A stretch of DNA of 64,000 nucleotides from Pseudomonadota bacterium (GTDB lineage Bacteria > Pseudomonadota > Alphaproteobacteria > MPNO01 > UBA2964), in assembly GCA_036339375.1 (NCBI GenBank), contig JAYZBC010000071.1, positions 15,351 to 79,350 on the forward strand, in the 5' to 3' direction. Positions 8,732 to 17,213 of the stretch are shown here, in pieces (position 1 is the stretch's first letter; each line of letters starts with the position of its first letter). Below the pieces are notes generated by a model. That model was given only the letters and a program-made list of their open reading frames with translations. It made no database searches and was not told where the DNA came from. The position numbers were made by a program, and so were the translations under genes.

Positions 8732-9895
8732 TTATCGTTTTGCCTGTTCAGCAATAGCAGCCATTGTTCGTGCTAAGACCCTAATTTCACTACGCATTTC
8801 GGAAATAAGCTCGGTACGTCCAGCACTGATTTGCTCTATTAAACGAGATAATTGTTTATCGATATTTCGGACTGCACTTTGGGCGTTTGCGTCATTTTTA
8901 GTTTCTACTGCTTCTGAAAATTTCGTGATTAAGTTTTTTATTTCTATTTGGGTTTCCACTCCTTTTGATACTAGCGATTTTTCGGTCTGCATTTGATCCG
9001 TGAAACTGTCCAGCTTTTCGCTCAAAACAATAACACTATTATTTGCTAAAATTCGGCTTTGTTCACCACGTTCGAGTGTCCCCTGTAATTTTTCCAGGCT
9101 ATCTGCTGTTTGTTCCAGCAATGCTTGAACATAAGCAGGTACTGCCTGATCTTCATCTCCTACAGATAGGTTCCCAGAGGATAATCGCGTTTGTCCCGCT
9201 AACCAATCTTCCAAATCATTGTAAAAACGATTTTGTGCTTGTCCTGCTTGCAGTTCTAAAAAGCCAAGTACTAGTGAACCGGCTAGTCCAAACAAAGATG
9301 AACTAAAAGCAGTTCCCATACCGACTAAGGGTGCCTTTAGACCTGTTTTGAGTTTGTTGAACATATCCGCAAGGTCAGCATTTGCCAATGAAAGCCCACC
9401 AATTACGTCACTTACAGCTCCAATTGTTTGAAGGAGGCCCCAAAACGTCCCTAACAAACCAAGAAAAATCAAAAGGCCAATAAGGTAGCGAGAAAGATCT
9501 CTCGATTCTTCTAGGCGAGAGGAGATGCCGTCAAGCAAAGAACGAAGAGAATTTGTTGATAAACTAAATCGGCCCTTTCTTTCACCCAACATGGCTACCA
9601 TTGGCGCTAAAAGTTTAGGGGCTTGTTGAACTGACCTACCTGGACGATTGTGACGGAAATGCAAAATCCAAGCTTCTTCGCGCATCAGTAGAGTCACTTG
9701 TCTAAAAATATATCCAACGCCTAATACCAAAACTCCAACAATTAAACCGTTGAGAACCGGATTTGCCATAAAAGCATTGGATAATGGTTCGTATAGCGCT
9801 CCTAGTGCTAAAGATACAGCCAACAAAAACAAAATCATTCTAAACAAATAACGTTTTGGTCCGTTCATCAAAACTTCCCGTGGTGACGCCCACAT
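8732..9895 (-). CDS. MotA/TolQ/ExbB-family proton-channel protein with a ~170 aa C-terminal coiled-coil tail (stator-like A subunit)
   Basis: Four predicted TM helices. TM3 LGLLGTFWGLLQTIGAV closely matches the TolQ encoded in this same window (IGLFGTVWGIMNSFQAI). TM4 GMGTAFSSSLFGLAGS is also TolQ-like. It is followed by a long charged/heptad C-terminus. It lies 21 nt upstream of the MotB-like gene. The start may be the Met at 9868. Confidence 0.65.
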   Translation of the reverse strand: MWASPREVLMNGPKRYLFRMILFLLAVSLALGALYEPLSNAFMANPVLNGLIVGVLVLGVGYIFRQVTLLMREEAWILHFRHNRPGRSVQQAPKLLAPMVAMLGERKGRFSLSTNSLRSLLDGISSRLEESRDLSRYLIGLLIFLGLLGTFWGLLQTIGAVSDVIGGLSLANADLADMFNKLKTGLKAPLVGMGTAFSSSLFGLAGSLVLGFLELQAGQAQNRFYNDLEDWLAGQTRLSSGNLSVGDEDQAVPAYVQALLEQTADSLEKLQGTLERGEQSRILANNSVIVLSEKLDSFTDQMQTEKSLVSKGVETQIEIKNLITKFSEAVETKNDANAQSAVRNIDKQLSRLIEQISAGRTELISEMRSEIRVLARTMAAIAEQAKR

Positions 9896-10234
9896 TTTAG
9901 CAGGCTATGGTAATAACCAATTTATGTTTTATTCTTTTAGAGTAATAATTCGACCTGGTTTTTTGGTTTGTTCTCCAAATCTTCTCCTAATTATCTAACG
10001 CCAAAACGATCACTCTTAATTTCTTGTTTTTCAAAAAGCGATTCTACAAATTAGGTCCGTGATCAAGAAAGCCGTTTAAGTTCACTCCTTGGTTTGCAAA
10101 TATTCTTGCAAAAGCATTTACTTTTATACGTAACAATGGTTCGTCTTTTAATTCGATTCAGTTCTCTGTTGAGGTTAGGTTCAAGGTAACACAATGAAAT
10201 ATCAGGTGAATTTATTCCGTTAAAATTTTATCTA

Positions 10235-11053
10235 TTACGTTACTGAATTTTTAGCGCCCATCTTTGGACTAATATTTTGAAGCAATAAAGACACTGTATT
10301 AAATAACTCATTATTTGTGGCAATTATTGACCCACTCTTCATTGGGTTATTTTTTCCATTAACGTCGCTTAAAAGCCCTCCTGCTTCACGAACCAAGACA
10401 ATGCCAGCGGCTACATCAGTTGGCGTTAAATGTAAATTCCAAAATGCATCATATCTACCAGCGGCTACATAAGCGAGATCTAAAGCAATGGTCCCAGATA
10501 GTCTGAAACCTGCAGTAAGATTCATTTCCTTTTCTTTAGCCTCTAAAAGTCCTGGCTTTGACAAATATTTTTGTCCGTGACTATTTGAAGCTATTAAAGC
10601 TGATTCAAGTTTTCGGCGAGCGGACACTCGAAGTCGCCGATTGTTAAGGTAACAGCCTTTCCCTTTCAGGGCCCAGAAGGTTTCGTCTCGTAAAGGGTCA
10701 TAAACCATTCCTGCAATTAGTTCGTTTCGTTCCTCATATGCTATGGAAATTGCAAAATGCGGAATCCCATGAAGAAAATTGGTTGATCCGTCCAATGTTT
10801 TCACAATCCAACGATTTGCAAACTTTTGATCATAACGGAACTCAGTTTCCGAAAAAATTATGGCAAAATCTGGGCGTGCTTTTTCTAATTCTGTCTTCAA
10901 AGTAGTTTTTGTATTTAGAAATGCTTTGGTTGCAAAATCTATAGGTTCATTTTTGGAAGATTGTAATTGCTCGATTTCACCAAAATCGTGGATGAGACCC
11001 CTTGCAGCTTTCCGTGCAGCGTTATCCATAACGTTAATGATGGGTGGCCACAT
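10235..11053 (-). CDS. suhB: inositol monophosphatase family protein (SuhB-like)
   Basis: IMPase motifs: WIVKTLDGSTNFLHGIPHFAISIA and the downstream GGxxD region. 272 aa. Confidence 0.8.
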   Translation of the reverse strand: MWPPIINVMDNAARKAARGLIHDFGEIEQLQSSKNEPIDFATKAFLNTKTTLKTELEKARPDFAIIFSETEFRYDQKFANRWIVKTLDGSTNFLHGIPHFAISIAYEERNELIAGMVYDPLRDETFWALKGKGCYLNNRRLRVSARRKLESALIASNSHGQKYLSKPGLLEAKEKEMNLTAGFRLSGTIALDLAYVAAGRYDAFWNLHLTPTDVAAGIVLVREAGGLLSDVNGKNNPMKSGSIIATNNELFNTVSLLLQNISPKMGAKNSVT

Positions 11054-11101
11054 TTTATTTTACTTTAAATTCTAAAAATTTCATTTTAATACGTGTTTTG
11101 A

Positions 11102-11668
11102 CTAATCCTTTGCACGTTCGACGTAAGTACCGTCTGACGTGGCTACAACAATGCGGCTACCTGTCTCGATATGTGGTGGGACCATAGTTTTAAAACCATT
11201 TGCCAAAATTGCAGGTTTGTATGAAGACGAAGCAGTTTGCCCTTTTATTACTGCATCAGCTTCGATCACCTCTAAGGTTACCTGTTGTGGCAAACGCAAA
11301 CCCACAGGTATAGCTTCGACTGTATCCACAGTAACTTCCATCCCGTCCATCAGAAAAACTTTTGTATCTCCTAAAATCCCGCTGTCTAAAAAAAATTGTT
11401 CGAATGTTTCACTGTCCATTAAATTTATTTGATTTCCTTCGCTGAAAAGAACTGTACAAACTCGTTCATCAGTCATCAATTTTTCCACAGTTTCTTGAGT
11501 TCTGAAACGTTCGCTCGTTTTGATGCCTGTTCGTGCATCTCGCATTTCAACTGATATAAAGGCGTTTCCTTTTCCAGGCAGGATGAGTTCGTAATTAACG
11601 ACAACGAATTGCTTTCCTTCATGTTCGATTGCGTGCCCTGGTCTAAGCGTGTTGGCTTGGACTTTCAT
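11102..11668 (-). CDS. efp: translation elongation factor P
   Basis: 188 aa with the KOW/OB architecture. Modification loop LPGKGNAF has Lys at the E. coli K34 position. Confidence 0.9.
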   Translation of the reverse strand: MKVQANTLRPGHAIEHEGKQFVVVNYELILPGKGNAFISVEMRDARTGIKTSERFRTQETVEKLMTDERVCTVLFSEGNQINLMDSETFEQFFLDSGILGDTKVFLMDGMEVTVDTVEAIPVGLRLPQQVTLEVIEADAVIKGQTASSSYKPAILANGFKTMVPPHIETGSRIVVATSDGTYVERAKD

Positions 11669-11738
11669 AAAACTTCCTTAGTTGTGTTTTTTCGTCGGCC
11701 GGGGAAACTAGCAGTTAGATTATCCGGTTTCAACGCGG

Positions 11739-12815
11739 TTAAGGGTAATCGGTACTTTCTTTATAGGAGTGTTCTTCCCCCTGCCAGTCTTCGATACACC
11801 AATCACCCATTTTGGTTTGTCTAACATAACTGGAGTTAATAGGAACTTTTCCATAACCCCCAGGGATATCAATCATATATGTTGGTTGGCACAAACCACT
11901 AATTTTCCCACGGAGCTTTTTCATTAGGGATAACCCAGTTTTTAGAGAGGTACGAAAATGTCGGGTCCCTAGGGCTTTATCTCCATGATGAAGATAATAA
12001 GGTTTTATTCGACATATTACGAGTTCTCTCATCAGTTTCTCCAAAATATCAGATTGGTCGTTCACACCTTTTAACAGCACCGTTTGACTCAGAAAAGGGA
12101 TTCCAGAATCAACCATAAGCGCAATTGCATTTCTTGCATTTTCTTCCAATTCCTTTGGGTGGTTGCAATGCAAAACGACATAAACGGGGGTTTTGCATTT
12201 TAGCGTTTTTACAAGTTTGCAAGAAATTCGTGAAGGGTCCACTAGAGGTACTCTGGTGTGAATTCTAATTACTTTAACATGATCAATTTCATCCAATTTT
12301 GAGATTATGGTTGAAATTCTTCTTTGGGATAAAATCAAAGGGTCACCACCCGACAGAATTACTTCCCAAACTTTTTTATTTTGTCGAATATACTCTATAG
12401 CGGAATTTAGTTTTTGGTTATTAAGGGTTCCGCTACCAACGGCTGCACGGCGGAAGCAATAGCGACAATAAATAGGGCATGATAAAATAGGAATTAAAAG
12501 CACGCGATCAGGGTATCGGTGCACAATTCCCTCCACTGGTGTAAAGGCTTGATCCCCTATCGGATCAAATATTTCATCAGCTGAAACATTATTTTCTCTA
12601 AAATTTGGAATAAATTGACGGGCTAAAGGGTCATTTGAATCGGCTAAATTAATTTGTTTAGCAATATGAGGCGTAATTGCAATTGGGAGAGTTTCGGAAG
12701 CCTTTTGTGCAGGTTGGATATGGTCAAACGGGATTAAGTTATTATCATACAAATCTTTGGCTGAACGGATATAATTTTTATGAGAGCTCTGGACAAGATT
12801 TTTAGCCACCTTCAT
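11739..12815 (-). CDS. epmB: KamA-family radical SAM lysine 2,3-aminomutase (EF-P beta-lysylation pathway, EpmB-like)
   Basis: Radical SAM cluster motif CPIYCRYCFRR (CxxxCxxC). 358 aa. Positioned between efp and the epmA-like gene. Confidence 0.7.
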   Translation of the reverse strand: MKVAKNLVQSSHKNYIRSAKDLYDNNLIPFDHIQPAQKASETLPIAITPHIAKQINLADSNDPLARQFIPNFRENNVSADEIFDPIGDQAFTPVEGIVHRYPDRVLLIPILSCPIYCRYCFRRAAVGSGTLNNQKLNSAIEYIRQNKKVWEVILSGGDPLILSQRRISTIISKLDEIDHVKVIRIHTRVPLVDPSRISCKLVKTLKCKTPVYVVLHCNHPKELEENARNAIALMVDSGIPFLSQTVLLKGVNDQSDILEKLMRELVICRIKPYYLHHGDKALGTRHFRTSLKTGLSLMKKLRGKISGLCQPTYMIDIPGGYGKVPINSSYVRQTKMGDWCIEDWQGEEHSYKESTDYP

Positions 12816-12880
12816 TGTATTCCCCCTAAATAATCAAATTTCAGCAAAAACTACTGGCATCAAATTTTTGTTTTATTGAC

Positions 12881-13996
12881 ATGAATAACGTACTCACTGA
12901 CAGCAAGCAAACCTCTGAGGTTCCTAATGAAAAATATTGGTGGATTAAAGGAGAGTTGTGCTCACGCCTACCCAACCTTAATGCACGAAACAAAATTCAG
13001 AACATTACTCGGCAGTTTTTTACGAAAAAGGGTTTTATAGAAGTGGAAACACCAGCTTTGCAAGTATCCCCAGGATCAGAACCCCATTTAACACCGTTTA
13101 CAACAAATCTACATGACCCTTTCGACAAAGAAAAAAAGAGGAAATTGTACCTTCATACGTCTCCTGAATTTGCTATGAAAATGCTTTTAGTGGGTGGAAT
13201 GAACAATATATTTCAATTGGCTCGCGTTTGGCGCAACGGGGAGCGTTCTGCAATTCATCATCCAGAATTTACAATGCTTGAATGGTATCAAACAGGGGCA
13301 AGTTGGCGAGATGTTGCCAAGACTTGCGAAAATCTCGTCAAGGAAGTGGCCATACAAAAATTCAAAAATACAAAACAAAAACCCCCCTTGTTTTCATGGA
13401 AAAATTCCAAGTGTAATCCAATGCAAGATTGGCAATATTTGTCTGTAGATTGTGCGTTTAAAAAATTTTGTAGAATAGACCTTTTGTCTACTACTTCAAA
13501 TCCTCTAGAACCCAACGTAATGGCCTTAAGTAAAGAAGCAGAAAAAATAGGTATTCGTGTGCATTCAAATGACCGTTGGGAAGAAATTTTTTTTCGGATT
13601 TTTCTTGATCGAATTGAACCCAACCTGGGGATTGGTGTGCCGACAGTATTGTATGATTGGCCTATTTCGATGGCCTCACTTGCACGCCAAAATCCAAAAG
13701 ACGATAGGCTTGCGGAAAGGTTTGAGATATACATTTGTGCGATGGAAATAGCCAATGGATTTGGAGAACTTACGGACCCGGTTGAACATCGACGCCGCTT
13801 CAAAAATGATATGGCATTAAAAGACAAACTATATGGGCAAACCTATCCAGTGGATGAGGATTTTATAAAAGCATTAACTTTCGGTATGCCAAATTCATCG
13901 GGGATTGCTTTAGGTTTTGATCGTTTGGTAATGCTTTGTACTGGAGCACAAAAAATTGAGGATGTGCTTTGGGCTCCGCTGGTGAACATTTTATAA
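12881..13996 (+). CDS. epmA: EF-P--(R)-beta-lysine ligase (class II LysRS paralog, EpmA/PoxA/GenX-like)
   Basis: Class II aaRS catalytic core without an anticodon-binding domain. Motif 2 region FTMLEWY and motif 3 GIALGFDRLVML. Divergent from epmB. Confidence 0.7.
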   Translation: MNNVLTDSKQTSEVPNEKYWWIKGELCSRLPNLNARNKIQNITRQFFTKKGFIEVETPALQVSPGSEPHLTPFTTNLHDPFDKEKKRKLYLHTSPEFAMKMLLVGGMNNIFQLARVWRNGERSAIHHPEFTMLEWYQTGASWRDVAKTCENLVKEVAIQKFKNTKQKPPLFSWKNSKCNPMQDWQYLSVDCAFKKFCRIDLLSTTSNPLEPNVMALSKEAEKIGIRVHSNDRWEEIFFRIFLDRIEPNLGIGVPTVLYDWPISMASLARQNPKDDRLAERFEIYICAMEIANGFGELTDPVEHRRRFKNDMALKDKLYGQTYPVDEDFIKALTFGMPNSSGIALGFDRLVMLCTGAQKIEDVLWAPLVNIL

Positions 13997-14246
13997 TTTT
14001 CTGATCAGTTTTGAAAATTTCAAAGTAATGCTTTAGGCTTGAGAAAATCAAGTTTTTTTGACTTAACTGTCTTGCACAATAGAAACTCCAGGAAATGTTT
14101 ATGAACACATTCAGAAGCCGGGGCTATAATTGTTTAGAAGAATTCTTCGAGTGTGCATGCACGAAAGGATTGGCCTAATGATAAAAAGCGACTTTAGGCT
14201 TTATAAAAATTATAGGGCATGCGTTGAGTTAAGGGTAGGATAGATT

Positions 14247-14900
14247 TTAAACAGAGTGGCGGTCAAAAATTTCGTTAAAATTTTCTACAGCCTTACCTGG
14301 CCCCTCAGGATGGTTCCAGACTCCGGCAGAGACAGCAATAAAATCTGCTCCCGCTTCCACTACCGTCTGACAATTTTCAGTGTTAATCCCGCCAATAGCT
14401 ACGCACGGTAAAGTCATCGTTTTTTGCCATTTTGATAAAATATTAGGTTGTGCGGTGTATTTTGGTTTTTTTGTGGAGCTTTCAAAAAATGCACCAAATG
14501 CCACGTAATCTGCTCCTGCTTCACCTGCTGTCATGGCAAGATGTGTTGAGGAATGGCATGTTACCCCGACTATAGAATTTGGCCCTACCAACTCTCGTGC
14601 CTTTTTATAAGGTGTATCACTTTGGCCGATATGGACTCCATCACATCCAAATTCTGCAGCAAGGTCAGCTCTATCATTTAAAATAAATGGAATTTGGTGT
14701 TTTTGAACCATTGGTTGCAATAGGTTAGCTACTTTTCTAATAGTTTCATCTTGAACGTTTTTTAGTCTGAGTTGTACACATGCAACATCACCAGCATCTA
14801 TAGCCAATTGCATAGAGTCAGCAAAAGGAAAAAGCTTTTCCCCCACTATATTGGAAGGAGTGATCAGGTAGAGGCGGCAGCGATGTCCTTCAGCGACCAT
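14247..14900 (-). CDS. thiE: thiamine-phosphate synthase
   Basis: 217 aa. TIM-barrel ThiE pattern (LYLITP..., GADYVAFGAFF, VAIGGI). Confidence 0.8.
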   Translation of the reverse strand: MVAEGHRCRLYLITPSNIVGEKLFPFADSMQLAIDAGDVACVQLRLKNVQDETIRKVANLLQPMVQKHQIPFILNDRADLAAEFGCDGVHIGQSDTPYKKARELVGPNSIVGVTCHSSTHLAMTAGEAGADYVAFGAFFESSTKKPKYTAQPNILSKWQKTMTLPCVAIGGINTENCQTVVEAGADFIAVSAGVWNHPEGPGKAVENFNEIFDRHSV

Positions 14901-14905
14901 TAAAT

Positions 14906-15829
14906 CTAAAGTTTGCCCTGATAAATTTTGATTATTGTATCTAACATAGAGAGAGCATCTTTCCTTTCTCGCTGAAAGGTGTTTCGACCAATGATTGATC
15001 CATTGCCGCCGCCATCTCTAATGGCGCGCACTTCGTTATATATACCTTCTAGGTCCTTTGCTTCACCGCCAGAAAAAACAACTATTCGTTTTCCGTTGAA
15101 GCAGCTTTGGACAACGTGGCTGATACGCGATGTTAGGTTTGTTATGTCTATTTTTTGGTTATCATAAACCTTTTGAGCAGACTCAAGAAAAATAGCTTCG
15201 GTCGGCGGTTTTACTTTTATAACATGAGCGCCGATAAGGCATGCCATATGTGCGGCATAAGCACAGACGTCTATAGCTGTTTCTCCTTCACGGGATAGCA
15301 TTCCACCCCGTGGATAAGACCAAACAACTACTGCAAGCCCAAAAGATTTGGCTTCTTCCGCAAGTTCGCTTATTTCTTCTATTAATTCATATTGATCTTC
15401 CGAGCCTGGGTAGATAGTAAAACCAATTGCTGCACAACCTAGTCTTAGTGCATCGCTAACTGCGGCTGTTATTGCTTGATCTTTATTTGAAGATAGAGAA
15501 TTCGCACTATTGCATTTTAAAATTGTGGGAATGGTACCAGCGAAACTATCTGCACCTGCTTCCAACATGCCCAGCGGAGCGGCAAATGCAGAAAGCCCTG
15601 CGTCAACGGCTAGTTGATAGTGGTAGTGTGGGTCATATCCAGCTGGGTTAGGAGCAAAACTGCGAGCTGGCCCGTGTTCAAATCCTTGGTCAACTGGTAA
15701 GATTAGTAACCTTCCGCTGCCGCCTAATCGTCCGTGCATTAAAATCCGCGCTAAATTTCCCTTTGTTCCAGGATTATCAGATTCATATCCAGACAAAATT
15801 TTTCTAACTCGTTGCGTAACTTTAGGCAT
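14906..15829 (-). CDS. fbaB: class I fructose-bisphosphate aldolase (DhnA/FbaB type)
   Basis: LLILPVDQGFEHGP and overall colinearity with E. coli FbaB (...LSILPVDQGVEHS...). 307 aa. Confidence 0.8.
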   Translation of the reverse strand: MPKVTQRVRKILSGYESDNPGTKGNLARILMHGRLGGSGRLLILPVDQGFEHGPARSFAPNPAGYDPHYHYQLAVDAGLSAFAAPLGMLEAGADSFAGTIPTILKCNSANSLSSNKDQAITAAVSDALRLGCAAIGFTIYPGSEDQYELIEEISELAEEAKSFGLAVVVWSYPRGGMLSREGETAIDVCAYAAHMACLIGAHVIKVKPPTEAIFLESAQKVYDNQKIDITNLTSRISHVVQSCFNGKRIVVFSGGEAKDLEGIYNEVRAIRDGGGNGSIIGRNTFQRERKDALSMLDTIIKIYQGKL

Positions 15830-15905
15830 TTTCTCCTCACAATTTTTCTTAATCTCTATAATTTATACTTGAGTTTTACCAAACAAGAAATGACTCCGGA
15901 AAAAT

Positions 15906-16340
15906 TCAACTATATTTTTTCCATAAACTTTCTTCAGGATCATCAGTTAGGGCCAAGTCTAACAAATTTGGCCTGTGCGTTTTCACCACCGCTCCAAGTT
16001 TTTGGGCGATTTGGTTTAATTTAATAGAAGAAGAAAATTGACTTGAGATGCAAATGTGTGTGATGCCTTGCCGTAAGGCCCCGAGTGAATGTCCAGAATG
16101 TGTTCCACAATCTAGAACGCCATCAATTTTAATTTGGGGAAACTCTAAACGTACCAAATTTATTATTTCTTGGAACCAAGCAGGTCCAATAAATCCAACA
16201 GCCCCATGCGCACTCCAAAGCTCAATTTGCGCACCGATTTTTGAGGCTACTATGCAAGCAGTACGGGCATGATCTATCCCATGGATTACGACTCGCATTA
16301 AAGTAGCGTTAGGTTTATTTTTTGTTTGAGTTTTGTTCAT
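15906..16340 (-). CDS. hypothetical protein (conserved-looking, first gene of an apparent three-gene unit with fbaB and thiE)
   Basis: 144 aa ORF, 76 nt upstream of fbaB on the same strand. No motif I can assign. The start may be the internal Met (MRVVIHGIDH). Confidence 0.3.
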   Translation of the reverse strand: MNKTQTKNKPNATLMRVVIHGIDHARTACIVASKIGAQIELWSAHGAVGFIGPAWFQEIINLVRLEFPQIKIDGVLDCGTHSGHSLGALRQGITHICISSQFSSSIKLNQIAQKLGAVVKTHRPNLLDLALTDDPEESLWKKYS

Positions 16341-16457
16341 GTTACATAATTTGCCATTTTGACAAATTTATCGTTATGATCCCCCTTGATCTTTATTTAG
16401 AAGGGGCCCTATGTTTGTAAAATACTGCAGAGGTGCAGATTATAAGGGAAGAATTAA

Positions 16458-16691
16458 ATGGGGCAACTGGAAGAATCAGAAGAACGATTAAACCGTGCTC
16501 TAAATCGACTGGAAGCTGCTTCCACGAGAATTGGGGAAAGTCCTTCGATCGCAAAAGTACAAGCTGAATTGAATTTTCTTCGCCAGCGATGTTCTAAGCT
16601 GGAAAAACGAAATGAAGAAGCGTCTGCAAGACTTACGTCCGCTATCCAGCGTCTGCGTTCATTATTGGATTCTGGTGATGGGAAATATTAA
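16458..16691 (+). CDS. small coiled-coil protein, DUF4164/ZauP-like (ZapA-associated)
   Basis: 77 aa, entirely heptad/coiled-coil. AAGGGAAG ribosome-binding site before the ATG. Overlaps the zapA start by 14 nt. Confidence 0.5.
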   Translation: MGQLEESEERLNRALNRLEAASTRIGESPSIAKVQAELNFLRQRCSKLEKRNEEASARLTSAIQRLRSLLDSGDGKY

Positions 16692-17010
16692 TGTAAAAAT
16701 CAATTCAAGAACCTATCAGGTTGCTTGTAATGATGGAGAAGAAAAACATCTTTTAGAGCTCGCGGATTTGGTCGAAAAACGCGTTCAACAACTTGTTTCT
16801 TCAGTTGGACAAATAGGTGAAGCACGATTATTGGTAATGACGGGACTTCTGCTTTCGGACGAGCTTACAGAGGCTTATAGATCAAAACAAAATTTACAAC
16901 CTCTGGGTTCCGTTAGTGACCAAAATATAGATGAAAAAAAGCAGGTTGTAAAAAATGAAGCACTTACGGATAGGATAGATCGTATTGCAGTTAAGTTGGA
17001 GCCTGCGTAA
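16678..17010 (+). CDS. zapA: cell division protein ZapA
   Basis: ORF 16612..17010. The preferred start is the Met of MGNINVKINSRTYQVAC at 16678. ZapA fold pattern with a C-terminal coiled coil. Confidence 0.75.
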   Translation: MGNINVKINSRTYQVACNDGEEKHLLELADLVEKRVQQLVSSVGQIGEARLLVMTGLLLSDELTEAYRSKQNLQPLGSVSDQNIDEKKQVVKNEALTDRIDRIAVKLEPA

Positions 17011-17044
17011 GATTGTTTAGACGGTGCTGCTTGGTGCGAGAAAC

Positions 17045-17190
17045 GTTAGATCTCTGGGGCCAATGTATTCTTCTCGGGAGCTGTCCCTGCCAAAATCGTG
17101 GTTTTGGTATATGGTGCCCACCTGCTTAAGCAGGCCTTAGAAGGATTAAAATGTTGACCGGCTAAAGCGGCATCGTTGGGATACATAATT
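17045..17190 (+). ncRNA. ssrS: candidate 6S RNA (SsrS)
   Basis: It sits in the 200 bp spacer between zapA and 5-formyl-THF cyclo-ligase, the conserved ssrS position. Local similarity to E. coli 6S as I remember it: 5' arm UCUCUG...GUCCCUG, centre GGUG...CCUUA...AUUAAAAUG, 3' arm GCGGCAUC...GGGAUA. Internal hairpins are CCAAAAucguggUUUUGG and CCUGCuuaaGCAGG. Boundaries are approximate. Confidence 0.45.
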
Positions 17191-17213
17191 GTAAGATTTA
17201 AAAATTATTTTGT

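Noticed and set aside
8046-8996. Plus-strand ORFs of 127 aa and 169 aa
   Set aside because: They lie antisense inside the long coiled-coil region of the MotB-like gene (7268..8710) and the tail of the MotA-like gene. A/G-rich coiled-coil coding sequence keeps antisense frames open. No ribosome-binding site or motifs.
13288-13827. 179 aa minus-strand ORF
   Set aside because: Fully embedded antisense in the epmA-like gene, which has clear class II aaRS motifs. No independent support.
14000-14246. Possible tRNA or small RNA in the epmA / thiE convergent spacer (palindrome GTGCATGCAC, hairpin AATGTttatgaacACATT)
   Set aside because: There is no T-loop or cloverleaf consensus. The palindromes are short and more simply explained as bidirectional terminator elements. 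The 81 aa minus-strand ORF here has no support.
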